Virus record (IMG/VR): IMGVR_UViG_3300017978_000127
Span: 1 to 33,664 of that record
Strand: one strand, 5' to 3'
DNA from: a virus
Taxonomy: Duplodnaviria; Caudoviricetes
Length of the DNA stretch: 33,664 nucleotides
Each line of letters opens with the position of its first letter. The first letter of the stretch is position 1. The translations under genes were made by a program, and so were the position numbers. Shown piece by piece: positions 9,009 through 18,766 of this stretch. The notes beneath the pieces were generated by a model. That model ran no database searches. It was given only the letters and a program-made list of their open reading frames with translations, and had not been told where the DNA came from.

Positions 9009-9529
9009 TTCTTAGCCCATCCACGGCTACCAAACCAGAAACCAATGATACCACCTAACATAGACATCTCATCAGCACTGAAGATGATGTCAGAATAGGC
9101 AATAACGTCTGCAACTGAGTTAATCAGGCCGGGATGCTTAAAGAGATAATATGTCAAGAAGAGGTTAATTAATACCAATTCAATGACGAAGATATAAGTT
9201 ACTGTAGGACGAACAGTGCCGACATAGCTCGATACCCAACTAGCTGCCTTAGCCAGAACAGCCTTGTCATGCTCCTGAGCACCCACGGTCATCTTAGCCT
9301 CAGCCTCAGCCATTTGAGCGTTGGTCTGCATAGCTACCTGCTCAGTACGGATCTCTTCAATCTTAGCTTGAGCAGCAAAACCTTGAGCAGCCAATGCAAG
9401 CTCCTTCTCAGCTTGAACCTTAGCCAGCTCACGCTCATGCTTTTGGTCTGCCTTGTTCTGAAAGTAGTTAAGTAGGTTAGGTAGACCCGAGATGAGCAGG
9501 CCACCTAATGTTGAAATAAGCGATAACAT
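9005..9529 (-). CDS. probable holin (3-TM holin-like)
   Basis: Hydrophobic N-terminus, VRP+TM segment and C-terminal IIGFWFGSR; adjacent to the endolysin. Confidence 0.7.
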   Translation of the reverse strand: MLSLISTLGGLLISGLPNLLNYFQNKADQKHERELAKVQAEKELALAAQGFAAQAKIEEIRTEQVAMQTNAQMAEAEAKMTVGAQEHDKAVLAKAASWVSSYVGTVRPTVTYIFVIELVLINLFLTYYLFKHPGLINSVADVIAYSDIIFSADEMSMLGGIIGFWFGSRGWAKK

Positions 9530-9533
9530 TTTA

Positions 9534-9974
9534 TTACATTCTTTCTTTTAAGAGATAGATAGCCATAAGCACTAAGACACCTACACCGGATGCTCCGATA
9601 AGAGCTACTAATATGCCAACAACAGAGTTATACAAAAGTTCCTGTCTGCGGATAGCTTTCAGTTCCTCTTGTTTATTCTCTTCATCCTGTTCACGTTTCT
9701 TTTGAGCCTGATACTTGAGCCAGTCTTCCCATAGACCAGCTCTTCCTTGGTATATCATTAGCTGCTTGAGTTGTTTTTCTTGTTTCCTGAGACTCTCTAA
9801 AGCCCAGAACTCTTCGCTATTGCTTCCTTTGTTACCAGCCTTCTTGGATAGTTTAGTACGGAGACCAAAGTATTCCCCAAGCTTGGAACCAGCGGCAACT
9901 AAGTCACCGCCGTTGTTTACGGCCTCTTTGATAACAGCAAAAGCAGCGTTGGCGGCGGCTAGTTCTGCTAACAT
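9534..9974 (-). CDS. hypothetical membrane protein with C-terminal TM helix
   Basis: Intact ORF in the operon; hydrophobic VVGILVALIGASGVGVLVLMAIYLL. Confidence 0.75.
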   Translation of the reverse strand: MLAELAAANAAFAVIKEAVNNGGDLVAAGSKLGEYFGLRTKLSKKAGNKGSNSEEFWALESLRKQEKQLKQLMIYQGRAGLWEDWLKYQAQKKREQDEENKQEELKAIRRQELLYNSVVGILVALIGASGVGVLVLMAIYLLKERM

Positions 9975-9976
9975 CC

Positions 9977-11623
9977 TTATTGTCCTGCTTCTGCCTGAGT
10001 AGCTCTATTGTAGGCCTCTAAAACATTAACCGCAGTAATGCTACCTTCACGTGCTGATCGTTTAGTTAGTTCATCACCAATTCTACGAGCAACGTCGGGG
10101 CGGCTACGCATCAAAGAGTTCATGACTCGAAGACCAGATTCAGAATACATAGCAGGGGCAATAATAGCCAAAGCAGGCGCTGAAGCAGCACTAGACAAAA
10201 GACCAGCCATGCCTGCGAGGTTGTATGCCTGACGACCTGTCAAGTTATACCCCGGAGCTTCTTCCATGACTTCAACAGCAGCCCCAGATACTTCTTGGTT
10301 CCGAGCACGTCCAGCAGCAAACTGACGCTTACGTTTTGTCACGTCACCAGCTTTAACAGCAGCTTGATATTGTTTAGGAGTAAAGACACCGTTCATTGTA
10401 TTGGTACGTTGAGCAGCATCCTCCATGACAGCAATATCTGAATATGCGCTATCAATGCGACGAAGACGAGGAGTTTCTTTTGGATTCTGTTTACGCAAAC
10501 CTGTACGCAAAGAATCTAAAGAACCTCTTAAAGCATTCGCCACGTCCTGATCGCTAACAGAACCTTTATTCAACTGGTTGATACGAATACGTAGATCAGA
10601 TTCAATCTTTTTAAAAGTTTGTCCATCAATCTCGCCATTTTGTGGTAAACGATCAAAGACACGGGCTTTTAATTCATCTTGTACTCGAACTCTATCCGCC
10701 GAAGCAGTAGGAAGTCTTGAGGCTTTGAGCATTCCAGAATACGTGCCAAAGTCAAGTTTAAAGTTTACTTTAGACAGAACATCGTCATAAGCAGCATCAA
10801 CAGAATCTTGAGCAAATGCAACAGCATCACGACCAATAACATCTTCCGGTAGTTTCTGGCCTAGTTTATCAAGAGCCTTATTGATAACGCCTTTGTTAAA
10901 AGAGAACAATGTACGCTCTTTAGCGTTAGCGATGTTTTGACCAATCAAAGGAATGTTAGCTGCAAAAGTTTCAATGTCCTTAGCCTGTCCGCCAGCCATC
11001 TGACCGGGAGTCAGTTGAACGCCAAGCTCACGCATTGTCTGTTCTGCTTTGCTTGTCAAAGGATTTAAAACTTTACCTACTGCTTTGGTAGCGCCTGAAC
11101 CAACAACACCAAAAGCAGCCCCGCCTCCAGTTTGAACAGCTTTCTGACCTGTAAATGATTCACCCTCTTGGGTAACAACAGGCTGTAAAGCACCCGCTGT
11201 AGCACCTGCTGTCAAGGCTCTCGTCACAGGCGCGGCTCCGAAGCCCCCAAGTAAAGTAGTAGGGTTAATAATGTTACCAGCTAATCGGCCCACATCAAAG
11301 CCTGCATCGCCCTGCGCTTTACGCTGAGATTCATAAGCTTCTTGTTCACGGCGCACAATTTCATCGACACGCTGCGCTTCTGAGCCAAAGAATCGACTTA
11401 CAGGGTTAGGAGCTAAGCCGCCTAAAGAGGTTACAGTTTCTAAACCACGAGGAAGAAGCTGAGCACCCCCACTAATAGGGTCTTTTAAACCCATTAGAAA
11501 TGACGACGAGATAGGAGCTTGAGCAGGAGCAGACATTCCTTGAATAGCCTGAGCTATTTGAGCGTCTGTCATTCCATCAGGAAACTCAATAGTCTCGTCA
11601 CCTACTTGGATATATTGCGGCAT
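9977..11623 (-). CDS. putative internal virion / DNA-ejection protein
   Basis: Ala/Gly-rich helical protein with N-terminal IEFPDGMTDAQI; last of three large genes after the tail genes. Confidence 0.65.
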   Translation of the reverse strand: MPQYIQVGDETIEFPDGMTDAQIAQAIQGMSAPAQAPISSSFLMGLKDPISGGAQLLPRGLETVTSLGGLAPNPVSRFFGSEAQRVDEIVRREQEAYESQRKAQGDAGFDVGRLAGNIINPTTLLGGFGAAPVTRALTAGATAGALQPVVTQEGESFTGQKAVQTGGGAAFGVVGSGATKAVGKVLNPLTSKAEQTMRELGVQLTPGQMAGGQAKDIETFAANIPLIGQNIANAKERTLFSFNKGVINKALDKLGQKLPEDVIGRDAVAFAQDSVDAAYDDVLSKVNFKLDFGTYSGMLKASRLPTASADRVRVQDELKARVFDRLPQNGEIDGQTFKKIESDLRIRINQLNKGSVSDQDVANALRGSLDSLRTGLRKQNPKETPRLRRIDSAYSDIAVMEDAAQRTNTMNGVFTPKQYQAAVKAGDVTKRKRQFAAGRARNQEVSGAAVEVMEEAPGYNLTGRQAYNLAGMAGLLSSAASAPALAIIAPAMYSESGLRVMNSLMRSRPDVARRIGDELTKRSAREGSITAVNVLEAYNRATQAEAGQ

Positions 11624-12882
11624 TATTGTCCTCCAATTACCTCAAACTGACCTGTAGAAAGATTAAACCTGCGAGTTGCTCTGGGTGTCGCTCCTTGCTG
11701 TGGCAGTGCGCCTACAGGCAAAGGCTTACCTTCTACAATAGCTTGCTGTTGTGTCTCTAAACGCTTAACACCTGCTTGAATCTTTCTTTCAGCAGCAGTG
11801 AGAATACGTTTAATGGCTGCCGGTTCAAGGGTTGTTTCGCCCGCAAGAACTGAGCGCAGATATTTAAGTTCTTCCACCGAGTCGTTACCGCCAAAGTCTT
11901 GCAGACGAGGAATAACCACGTTACCAATAAGAGAACGGAACTCTTCAGTGTTCACTAATCGGTTCTTATTGCCAATCACACCGCCGCTGTACTTAGCCAT
12001 AGCCTCTTGCATTGGGCCGTAACCGCCAGCATAAATACCACGATCAACAACATCAAGAGCTTCTTTCAACGAAGTCAGGGCGTCATACTTACCTTGAACT
12101 TCAGCAGACTGTTTACCAACAGCAGTTCCGCCAGCAGCGCCTGCCTTTTCAGATTGTTGCTTACTAATTGCGCTAAGTGTCGGGGTTAATCCAGCAGCAA
12201 TTTCTTCGCCAAGGGATTTACCAGTTGTAAGTTTCTTAATCTTATCGTTGTATGCTTTAATTTCAGAAGCATTCTTAACTGGATCGAGAGCATCACGTTC
12301 TGCGATAAGCTTACCTAATTCTGACGCGCCTCTAGCAGTTTCTTTAGTTGTCAAACGCACAAGCTGATCTCTTTCAGCCTTAACGCGAGCTAACGAAGCA
12401 GTATCTCCAGAAGCCTCTAATTCAGGAATAGCAGCTTCTAAGGCAGCAATTCGTTGAGCAGTTTGAATGTCTGCTGGAATTGCTTGTTGACGCTCACGGC
12501 CTGCTGCGGCTCGTCGCTGTGCTGTCAGGGCTGCTGATTCTTCAACAGACATAGCACGCTGTGCAAGAGAAGTAGCAGCTTGGAAGTCATTAGCTTCCAT
12601 AGCTCGTTGAGCAGCTTGACGCAAGGCCATAGGATCTGCAATGTCTAAACCCTGAAGCAACTCTTGACGCTGACGTACACGCATCAGCTCAGGGTCTTGA
12701 GCACCCAACAAACCACCAACTGCGTTACCAAGCTGATTAGTAGCCATGAAACCACTAAACCTAGCCTGTTGGAGTGGGTCTAACTGAGCAACGCGCAAAG
12801 CCTGTGCCTGTGTTTGACGATCCCTTTCAGCCATCAAAGACTCAGGAGTTATACCAAATAAACCTTCAGCTACAGTAGCCAT
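11623..12882 (-). CDS. putative internal virion / DNA-ejection protein
   Basis: Ala/Gln-rich coiled-coil protein at the position of podovirus ejection genes. Confidence 0.65.
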   Translation of the reverse strand: MATVAEGLFGITPESLMAERDRQTQAQALRVAQLDPLQQARFSGFMATNQLGNAVGGLLGAQDPELMRVRQRQELLQGLDIADPMALRQAAQRAMEANDFQAATSLAQRAMSVEESAALTAQRRAAAGRERQQAIPADIQTAQRIAALEAAIPELEASGDTASLARVKAERDQLVRLTTKETARGASELGKLIAERDALDPVKNASEIKAYNDKIKKLTTGKSLGEEIAAGLTPTLSAISKQQSEKAGAAGGTAVGKQSAEVQGKYDALTSLKEALDVVDRGIYAGGYGPMQEAMAKYSGGVIGNKNRLVNTEEFRSLIGNVVIPRLQDFGGNDSVEELKYLRSVLAGETTLEPAAIKRILTAAERKIQAGVKRLETQQQAIVEGKPLPVGALPQQGATPRATRRFNLSTGQFEVIGGQ

Positions 12883-12885
12883 ATA

Positions 12886-14472
12886 TTACTCCCAAGATTG
12901 TGTACCAAAAGCGTAGGCAGTAGGATCAGGCGTAAAAGTCCCGCTAGAGCCTCTCAAACCTGACAACCAGTTGCCAGCACCAGTAGTGAATTGACGATTA
13001 CCAGCTAAGTCAGCTAAGAAGTTACCTGTTGCACTGAAGGACTGAGCTGGTTGTAATGTACGAGCAGCGTTTGTACCGCCTTGTAACAAAGCCTGACCTG
13101 CTGTGCCGCCTGCCGAAGCAGCACGACCACCCAGAGCAGAACCAATGTCTAACGGAGCACGTCCGAGGTCTTCCAGTGTAGAAGCCAAGCCAAGCTGTGT
13201 TTGCAATGGAGCATAGCCACCAGAAGCCAACTGTAAGCCTGTACTAAACAAGCCAGTACCTGTTTGCAGATTAGACAACATACGTTGACGTGCAATCTCT
13301 TCAGCTTGCTGCTGTGCGGACAGTGCAGTACCTGCTTGACCTGCTGCAAATGTACCCAGACGAAGTGCATTCTCAAGTTGCTGTTGACCAGACTGAGTAC
13401 CTGCGCCATAAGCACTTGAAAGAAGACCTGTACCAAACTGAGCACGTGAAAGTGCATTAGACAAACCTTGCTGCTGAGAACCTGTCAAGGCATTCAAACC
13501 AGTAGTTCCGAGCTGAGAGGCCAATCCAATATCACTACGGATATTAGCACGAGCACGCTCTTCAGCACCTGCTGTAATAGCACGTTCCTGCTGAGCCAGT
13601 GAATTGTAGTAAGCTTGTAGTTCAGGGTTAGCAGCAGCTAAGTCACCACCTTGAGAAACAGCTAAGCCAGCACGGCCTGTATTGAACAGATTCTGTCGAA
13701 TACCTGACAGAGTACGTTCACGTTCAGGTTGCAACAAAGCACGTTGTTGTTCTGCATATCGAGAAGCAGCTTCCTGTGTGTCTAAACTGGTAGGAATCAA
13801 CTGAGAAGCTGTACCTGAAAGCTGTTGATAAAGAGCCTGAGCCTCTGGTGTAGCCATAGCATCAAAACCAGCAGGAAGGGCTTGACCAGCTAAGCCTTGC
13901 AGTTGAGCAGCGTATGCCTGAGCTTCTTGAGTAGGGGCAGCATTGAAGCCAGCCGGAGCAGCCATAGATGCCTGTCTACGCAAGAAGTCAACGTATCCCA
14001 TAGACTCAGGAGAAGCTTCAAAAGCAGTTGAAGTAGGCAGGAACTGTTGACCTAAACCAAACAAACCTTGAGCCTGCTGCTGTGCTTGAGTCGATAAACC
14101 TTCTTGACCAGCTTGAGACAGTAAACGATTTTGAATAGCCGCTAATTCAGGATCTACGGTGTAGCCTGCACCAGTTAACCGACCTTCGCGTGAAACTCTT
14201 GTCTGATAATCAGATAAAGCTTTATTGTATTCTTCTTGAGTATCAAAAGAACTACGCTGAGGAGCAGAAACTCCGGGGATGCCGAACTGAAAGTTAGAAG
14301 TACCGAATCGAGTAGTGACACCTACAGGACGGAAACGAGCTTCTTCAGCGGCAATTCGAGCAGCTTCTAACTGAGCATTAGCGGATGTCTGAGCAGCTTG
14401 AGTAGCAGCTTTAGCTTGTCGATTAGAACCTAATAAGCCAATACCCGCTCCAATAATAGCACCAATAGGCAT
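12886..14472 (-). CDS. putative internal virion / DNA pilot protein with internal repeats
   Basis: MPIGAIIGAGIGLLGS Gly-rich hydrophobic N-terminus followed by an Ala/Gln-rich stretch, typical of pilot/ejection proteins. Confidence 0.7.
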   Translation of the reverse strand: MPIGAIIGAGIGLLGSNRQAKAATQAAQTSANAQLEAARIAAEEARFRPVGVTTRFGTSNFQFGIPGVSAPQRSSFDTQEEYNKALSDYQTRVSREGRLTGAGYTVDPELAAIQNRLLSQAGQEGLSTQAQQQAQGLFGLGQQFLPTSTAFEASPESMGYVDFLRRQASMAAPAGFNAAPTQEAQAYAAQLQGLAGQALPAGFDAMATPEAQALYQQLSGTASQLIPTSLDTQEAASRYAEQQRALLQPERERTLSGIRQNLFNTGRAGLAVSQGGDLAAANPELQAYYNSLAQQERAITAGAEERARANIRSDIGLASQLGTTGLNALTGSQQQGLSNALSRAQFGTGLLSSAYGAGTQSGQQQLENALRLGTFAAGQAGTALSAQQQAEEIARQRMLSNLQTGTGLFSTGLQLASGGYAPLQTQLGLASTLEDLGRAPLDIGSALGGRAASAGGTAGQALLQGGTNAARTLQPAQSFSATGNFLADLAGNRQFTTGAGNWLSGLRGSSGTFTPDPTAYAFGTQSWE

Positions 14473-14473
14473 A

Positions 14474-14785
14474 TTAAGCCCCTTCCTTTATCAAAACACT
14501 ATCAATTTTATTCATATCTGTCTCAAATGTGTGATGGATACAAAACCATGTAGAATCTTCTATAGCCATGATAGTATGGTTGATGCCTTTTCTGATGTTA
14601 ATACAAGCAGGGGCTTCATATACTTCAAACTTATCTTCGTCAAACAATACTCTAACCTTTCCCTGAGCTAACACACTGAGATGGTCATATTCATGTTTAT
14701 GCTGACAAGCAATACTTCCTTTAGGGATAGACATCTGTTTGGCGTATAAGCCATCAGAGAAATGGTGTAGAGTATCTATGTTCAT
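14474..14785 (-). CDS. cupin-fold protein
   Basis: HKHEYDHLSVLAQGKV and GINHTIMAIEDS cupin motifs. Confidence 0.75.
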   Translation of the reverse strand: MNIDTLHHFSDGLYAKQMSIPKGSIACQHKHEYDHLSVLAQGKVRVLFDEDKFEVYEAPACINIRKGINHTIMAIEDSTWFCIHHTFETDMNKIDSVLIKEGA

Positions 14786-14800
14786 GGTTACGCCATCGCT

Positions 14801-15025
14801 TCAAGCTAAAGACTGTGAAGGTGGTGCGTATTCGGCAATCTCACCATAAACACCCGCTACAAGATCAGCAAAAATGGACCGACCATGTGCTTCAAAGTCG
14901 TCTTGACTTGCAGTAAACGGTAAAACTTCATCTCCAAACTGAGAGGTGGTGATTTCGCAGTCAATCAAGGTTTTATCTGCGTTTGCCCATCGTGGATTGG
15001 ACAAAGATGTAAGAACTGATTTCAT
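14801..15025 (-). CDS. tail fibre assembly/chaperone-like protein, 74 aa
   Basis: NPRWANADKTLIDCEI...LPFTAS..D.E.HGR.IF...G.YG.IAEY, directly downstream of a fibre gene; AAGAGGA RBS before 15025. Confidence 0.7.
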   Translation of the reverse strand: MKSVLTSLSNPRWANADKTLIDCEITTSQFGDEVLPFTASQDDFEAHGRSIFADLVAGVYGEIAEYAPPSQSLA

Positions 15026-15035
15026 TTTTGTCCTC

Positions 15036-16214
15036 TTAAGAAATACGGAGATATAGAGATGCTCTAGTATTAAAGTTGGACCCCATGATCCGCCAAGTAC
15101 CGCTGAGCGCACCCCCGGAAACCCACACAGAGTCGGAATTAACCCCTGCAGCCTCAAGCGACGATCCAGCCACTGTGTCGCCGGGGTTCAAAGTACCCGC
15201 ATATCGAGCAAAAATGTAAGTACCGACGGTACCCACAGAAGCCCCGGCAGTCGCGGCTAATACGTTCGCAGTTGTTGGGCTTACTGCAGCAGTTGTCTGT
15301 GTAGTTCCATCGTTAAAACGTACACCATTACTGAAAGTCTTGGTTCCGCCAACAGTCTGATTTCCGGAAGTAACAACAACATCAGAACCCAGTTTAGTGC
15401 CAGTAGCAGCTCCGTTAGCTAACTTAGCAGAAGTCACGTTAGAGTCTGCAATCTTTGCAGTGGTGACATTGGAGTCGGCAATCTTTGCTGTGGTTACGGC
15501 TGAGTCTTCAATCTGAGCTGTGGATACGGTATGGGCATCAATAGTATTTTGAACAAAAGCCGTAGTAGCTACTTGAGTAGTATTAGTACCTGTAGAAGCT
15601 GTGGGAGCTGTAGGAGTTCCAGTAATTGAAGGACTGCTGATACTTGGACTGGTTAAAGTCTTGTTTGTCAGAGTAGCTGTAGCAGTGCGCTCATTAGTTA
15701 CCGCAGTTCCCACAAAAGCCGTTGTTGCTACTTGAGTAGTATTAGTACCTGCATCAGCCGTAGGGGCTGTCGGCGTACCAGTCAGTGCGGGGCTGGTTAA
15801 GCTTTTATTTGTCAGTGTTGCAGTGTTTGTACGCTCAGCAATAACAAAAGCAGTAGTAGCTACCTGAGTAGTGTTAGTGCCTGTGTCAGCCGTAGGAGCT
15901 GTGGGAGTACCTGTCAAAGCAGGACTGGTTAAGCTCTTGTTGGTTAAAGTAGCTGTAGCAGTACGCTCGTTGGTGATCGCAGTCCCTACAAAGGCAGTAG
16001 TCGCTACAAGAGTGGTGCTATTACCAGAGGCAGCAGTGGGGGCTGTAGGAGATCCTGTCAAAGCAGGACTATTTAAATCAGCCTTGGTAGCCACTGCTGT
16101 GGCGATGTTGTTAAATTCAGCATCAATCTCAGTACCTTTGACAATCTTTAAAGGATTGCCAATAGACAACGAATCTTTACTGGCAAAGTTAGTGCTTTTT
16201 ACGTAGTCCGTCAT
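15036..16214 (-). CDS. short tail fibre protein with tandem repeats
   Basis: Phage fibre repeats SPALTGTPTAPTA...NTTQVATTAFV, VTTAKIADSN repeats, QTVGGTKTF and C-terminal LSGTWRIMG. Confidence 0.85.
   Translation of the reverse strand: MTDYVKSTNFASKDSLSIGNPLKIVKGTEIDAEFNNIATAVATKADLNSPALTGSPTAPTAASGNSTTLVATTAFVGTAITNERTATATLTNKSLTSPALTGTPTAPTADTGTNTTQVATTAFVIAERTNTATLTNKSLTSPALTGTPTAPTADAGTNTTQVATTAFVGTAVTNERTATATLTNKTLTSPSISSPSITGTPTAPTASTGTNTTQVATTAFVQNTIDAHTVSTAQIEDSAVTTAKIADSNVTTAKIADSNVTSAKLANGAATGTKLGSDVVVTSGNQTVGGTKTFSNGVRFNDGTTQTTAAVSPTTANVLAATAGASVGTVGTYIFARYAGTLNPGDTVAGSSLEAAGVNSDSVWVSGGALSGTWRIMGSNFNTRASLYLRIS
15550..16075 (-). repeat. four degenerate 44-53 aa repeats within the short tail fibre
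   Basis: TG[ST]PTAPTA..G.N[ST]T.VATTAFV occurs four times; boundaries approximate. Confidence 0.85.
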
Positions 16215-16216
16215 GA

Positions 16217-17761
16217 TTAAACGATCTTTCCATTTTTAGCTTGAATTTCAAGTTTCTGTATACTCAGAGCCGAGCCATTAATCTCAGCCTCATACCCTGT
16301 TTGAATAACCTTGCCAGCACCTGTCGGATAAGCTGTTAAAGTCTGCAAGGAAGTTCCTCCAAAGTATTGTGCTATATTATACTCCGAAACTCCGTAATAG
16401 TCAACCCCTTGAGAAGGAATTTTTGCAGTTTGACCGTAATAATTACCTGAGAAGTCATACGCCCACTTTACCGTAACATATTGGTCTGAACCACCAATGA
16501 TAACCACCGATAACTTCTTTAAGACAGACGTTACCGAAGGAGCGCCTAAATCAGTATGGTTGGTAAAGTATTGAAAGCGATAAGATTCTGTATTGTCTAG
16601 GTATCCTGTGTATTCAGCAATAAAACCTGCTTTACCTAATAACAATTCTTTGTTGACGTTATCATAGCAAAAGCTTTTAGGTTCAAGACTGTCCCAAGTT
16701 GTTACCCTAGACGACCCATCCTGTAATGTAGCCTTAAGGTCAAAGCAGTACACAGATTTAAGCGTAGGAAGAGTAATCAAGTAGAATGAATCAAAAGGAC
16801 TGTAAACAGCTTTGATTGTAGAAGCTACTTCACCTGCAACAGCAGACATAAGATCATCTCTTACGTTCTTGCTCAAATCACGGAAAGGTGCTGACTTCTC
16901 TTGGATAGTCCTCAGAACACTTCTTACTCCTGTGTCGGAGAGGAAGATAATGTCTGATCCTGTGTTAGCCACAGAGTCCCTTGCAATGCATCCAATACCA
17001 GTAATTGCGTCAGATAATACGAGATTAGAGGGATCATTAGCGTTGGCATAGACAAGGATGTTATTACGACCAAAGATAAACAAGAAGTTATTGTGAGCAG
17101 CGACTGCAGTGATGTTGTCTGCACCGTTAGGCCAGTATTGGGTAACATCTAAGAAACCTGATGTACCACCTGACCATTTCACACCAGACAACAAGTCAGA
17201 GAAGTAAACTGTATCTTTGTTTGTGGTTGAGTTAGCTACCCATAAACGACCAAAGGCTGCTAAAGCACAGTCACCTGCCAATACAGTTCCACTGTAACCA
17301 GCGTGCTCAGACACCCTACGATACTGTGTGGTGCTTACAGCAGGATCATAAACCAATGGATCATGTCCGCTTTGGAACAGATATAAGATACCATTTAAAG
17401 AAGCTGACTGCCAGTTACTGGCTGAGATAGTCGGAGCAGTTCCACCGCCACCGTAGGTCAACTCAGATAATGTACTACCGTTAAGTCTGAATAATTTATT
17501 GTTGCCTGCTGCTATGGTATATTGGATACCTGCCTCAGTCAATAACTGAGAGATCATCCGTACATCAGCAGTACCTAAAGCCTCTAAAGTAGAGTGTTTA
17601 GCTTGCCAGCCTTTACGAGCACCAATACGACCATATTTGTCGATCACACAGTTGTTTGCCACCAGAGCAAAGCCAGAGGCTAAGTCCAGTGACGAGTCCT
17701 GAGTGTTCAATCCAAAGAAGCCCGGAGCTGTAATACTGAATGTTTGAATTTGTTGGGCCAT
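16217..17761 (-). CDS. tail nozzle/hub protein (P22 gp10 / T7 gp12-like)
   Basis: 514 aa, beta-rich; APGFFGLNT, GRLWVA and GCIARDSV; position after the adaptor. Confidence 0.75.
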   Translation of the reverse strand: MAQQIQTFSITAPGFFGLNTQDSSLDLASGFALVANNCVIDKYGRIGARKGWQAKHSTLEALGTADVRMISQLLTEAGIQYTIAAGNNKLFRLNGSTLSELTYGGGGTAPTISASNWQSASLNGILYLFQSGHDPLVYDPAVSTTQYRRVSEHAGYSGTVLAGDCALAAFGRLWVANSTTNKDTVYFSDLLSGVKWSGGTSGFLDVTQYWPNGADNITAVAAHNNFLFIFGRNNILVYANANDPSNLVLSDAITGIGCIARDSVANTGSDIIFLSDTGVRSVLRTIQEKSAPFRDLSKNVRDDLMSAVAGEVASTIKAVYSPFDSFYLITLPTLKSVYCFDLKATLQDGSSRVTTWDSLEPKSFCYDNVNKELLLGKAGFIAEYTGYLDNTESYRFQYFTNHTDLGAPSVTSVLKKLSVVIIGGSDQYVTVKWAYDFSGNYYGQTAKIPSQGVDYYGVSEYNIAQYFGGTSLQTLTAYPTGAGKVIQTGYEAEINGSALSIQKLEIQAKNGKIV

Positions 17762-17764
17762 AGC

Positions 17765-18418
17765 TTACACAGCCTCCCAAGTCTCTTCCTCGATAAAGCG
17801 AGAACTCTCTACCGCAATAGCGTCAGCCAAGGCAGAACGATACAGGCCGTAGGCTTCAGAGCTATTCAAGCCACCATCCTCACCACGCTCCACCAATGCA
17901 CGAGCCAAAGCACCTAACACCACAGGATTCTTAGGAGTCAAGAGTGTGTCTGAATCAGCAGATAACTCGGGCTGAGGAATATACAAGTTAAAGTATAAAG
18001 TCAAACCTGCTGGAGGGATAGGATAAAAGTCTACTTTAGTGTCACCATCAGTATCTACACCGTTAAAGTTGTAGTACATAGGAGGCGCTGTCTGAGGCTC
18101 ATCCAACAGATAACGTGACATCAAAGGTGTAGTGATGTTACGAAGAGTTACTTTACTGGTGATGTCTTGAGCATCAATGACTTTGAACATCAAACCAGAG
18201 CCATTGAGCACATAGCCGTAAGTGTCAGCAAGAGTTTCAATAACTAAAGTATCTGTCAAAGAGTTCCAGTTATAAGCATCCTCTACTTGTCTTTTAGAGT
18301 CATTAACCAACTTACCGATAAGCTTGGATAATACATTCTCTTGGACAGTAGTTACTTCAGGTTCACGTAAGCGAACAAGAATATCATTAACCAATTCTAA
18401 GTAAGTAGGCAAAGCCAT
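17765..18418 (-). CDS. head-tail adaptor / tail tubular protein A-like
   Basis: TYLELVNDILVRLRE N-terminus, FYPIP and ERGEDGG; size and position fit. Confidence 0.72.
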   Translation of the reverse strand: MALPTYLELVNDILVRLREPEVTTVQENVLSKLIGKLVNDSKRQVEDAYNWNSLTDTLVIETLADTYGYVLNGSGLMFKVIDAQDITSKVTLRNITTPLMSRYLLDEPQTAPPMYYNFNGVDTDGDTKVDFYPIPPAGLTLYFNLYIPQPELSADSDTLLTPKNPVVLGALARALVERGEDGGLNSSEAYGLYRSALADAIAVESSRFIEEETWEAV

Positions 18419-18419
18419 C

Positions 18420-18764
18420 TTAAATTCCTTCTTTCTTAATTAACTCAAAGGTGCAGATAGTGCTAAAGGAGCTACCAGCTTCATCTTGCATGACGATAGT
18501 GTCGCCTTCTTCCATGACAACATAAGCCCCACCGTCTTGCCTCACAAAACCACCGCCTGCAATAGTACCATTATGTACGTAGATGTTAGCAGAAGCACTG
18601 GAGTCTCTCCAATACACAGAAATACTTTTAGTGGATCCTGTGTTATTGAATAGATACATCAGTACCCATTTAGCGTAGTAGCCAGTGGGTACTGTGTATA
18701 CTGTGACAGGAGTTCCAGCAGCTAGGTTTACACCTACCGTTATAGGACGAGGAGCTGAAGCCAT
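18420..18764 (-). CDS. hypothetical virion-associated protein
   Basis: Beta-rich (VYTVPTGY, VVMEEGDTI) and within the tail module. Confidence 0.65.
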   Translation of the reverse strand: MASAPRPITVGVNLAAGTPVTVYTVPTGYYAKWVLMYLFNNTGSTKSISVYWRDSSASANIYVHNGTIAGGGFVRQDGGAYVVMEEGDTIVMQDEAGSSFSTICTFELIKKEGI

Positions 18765-18766
18765 AT

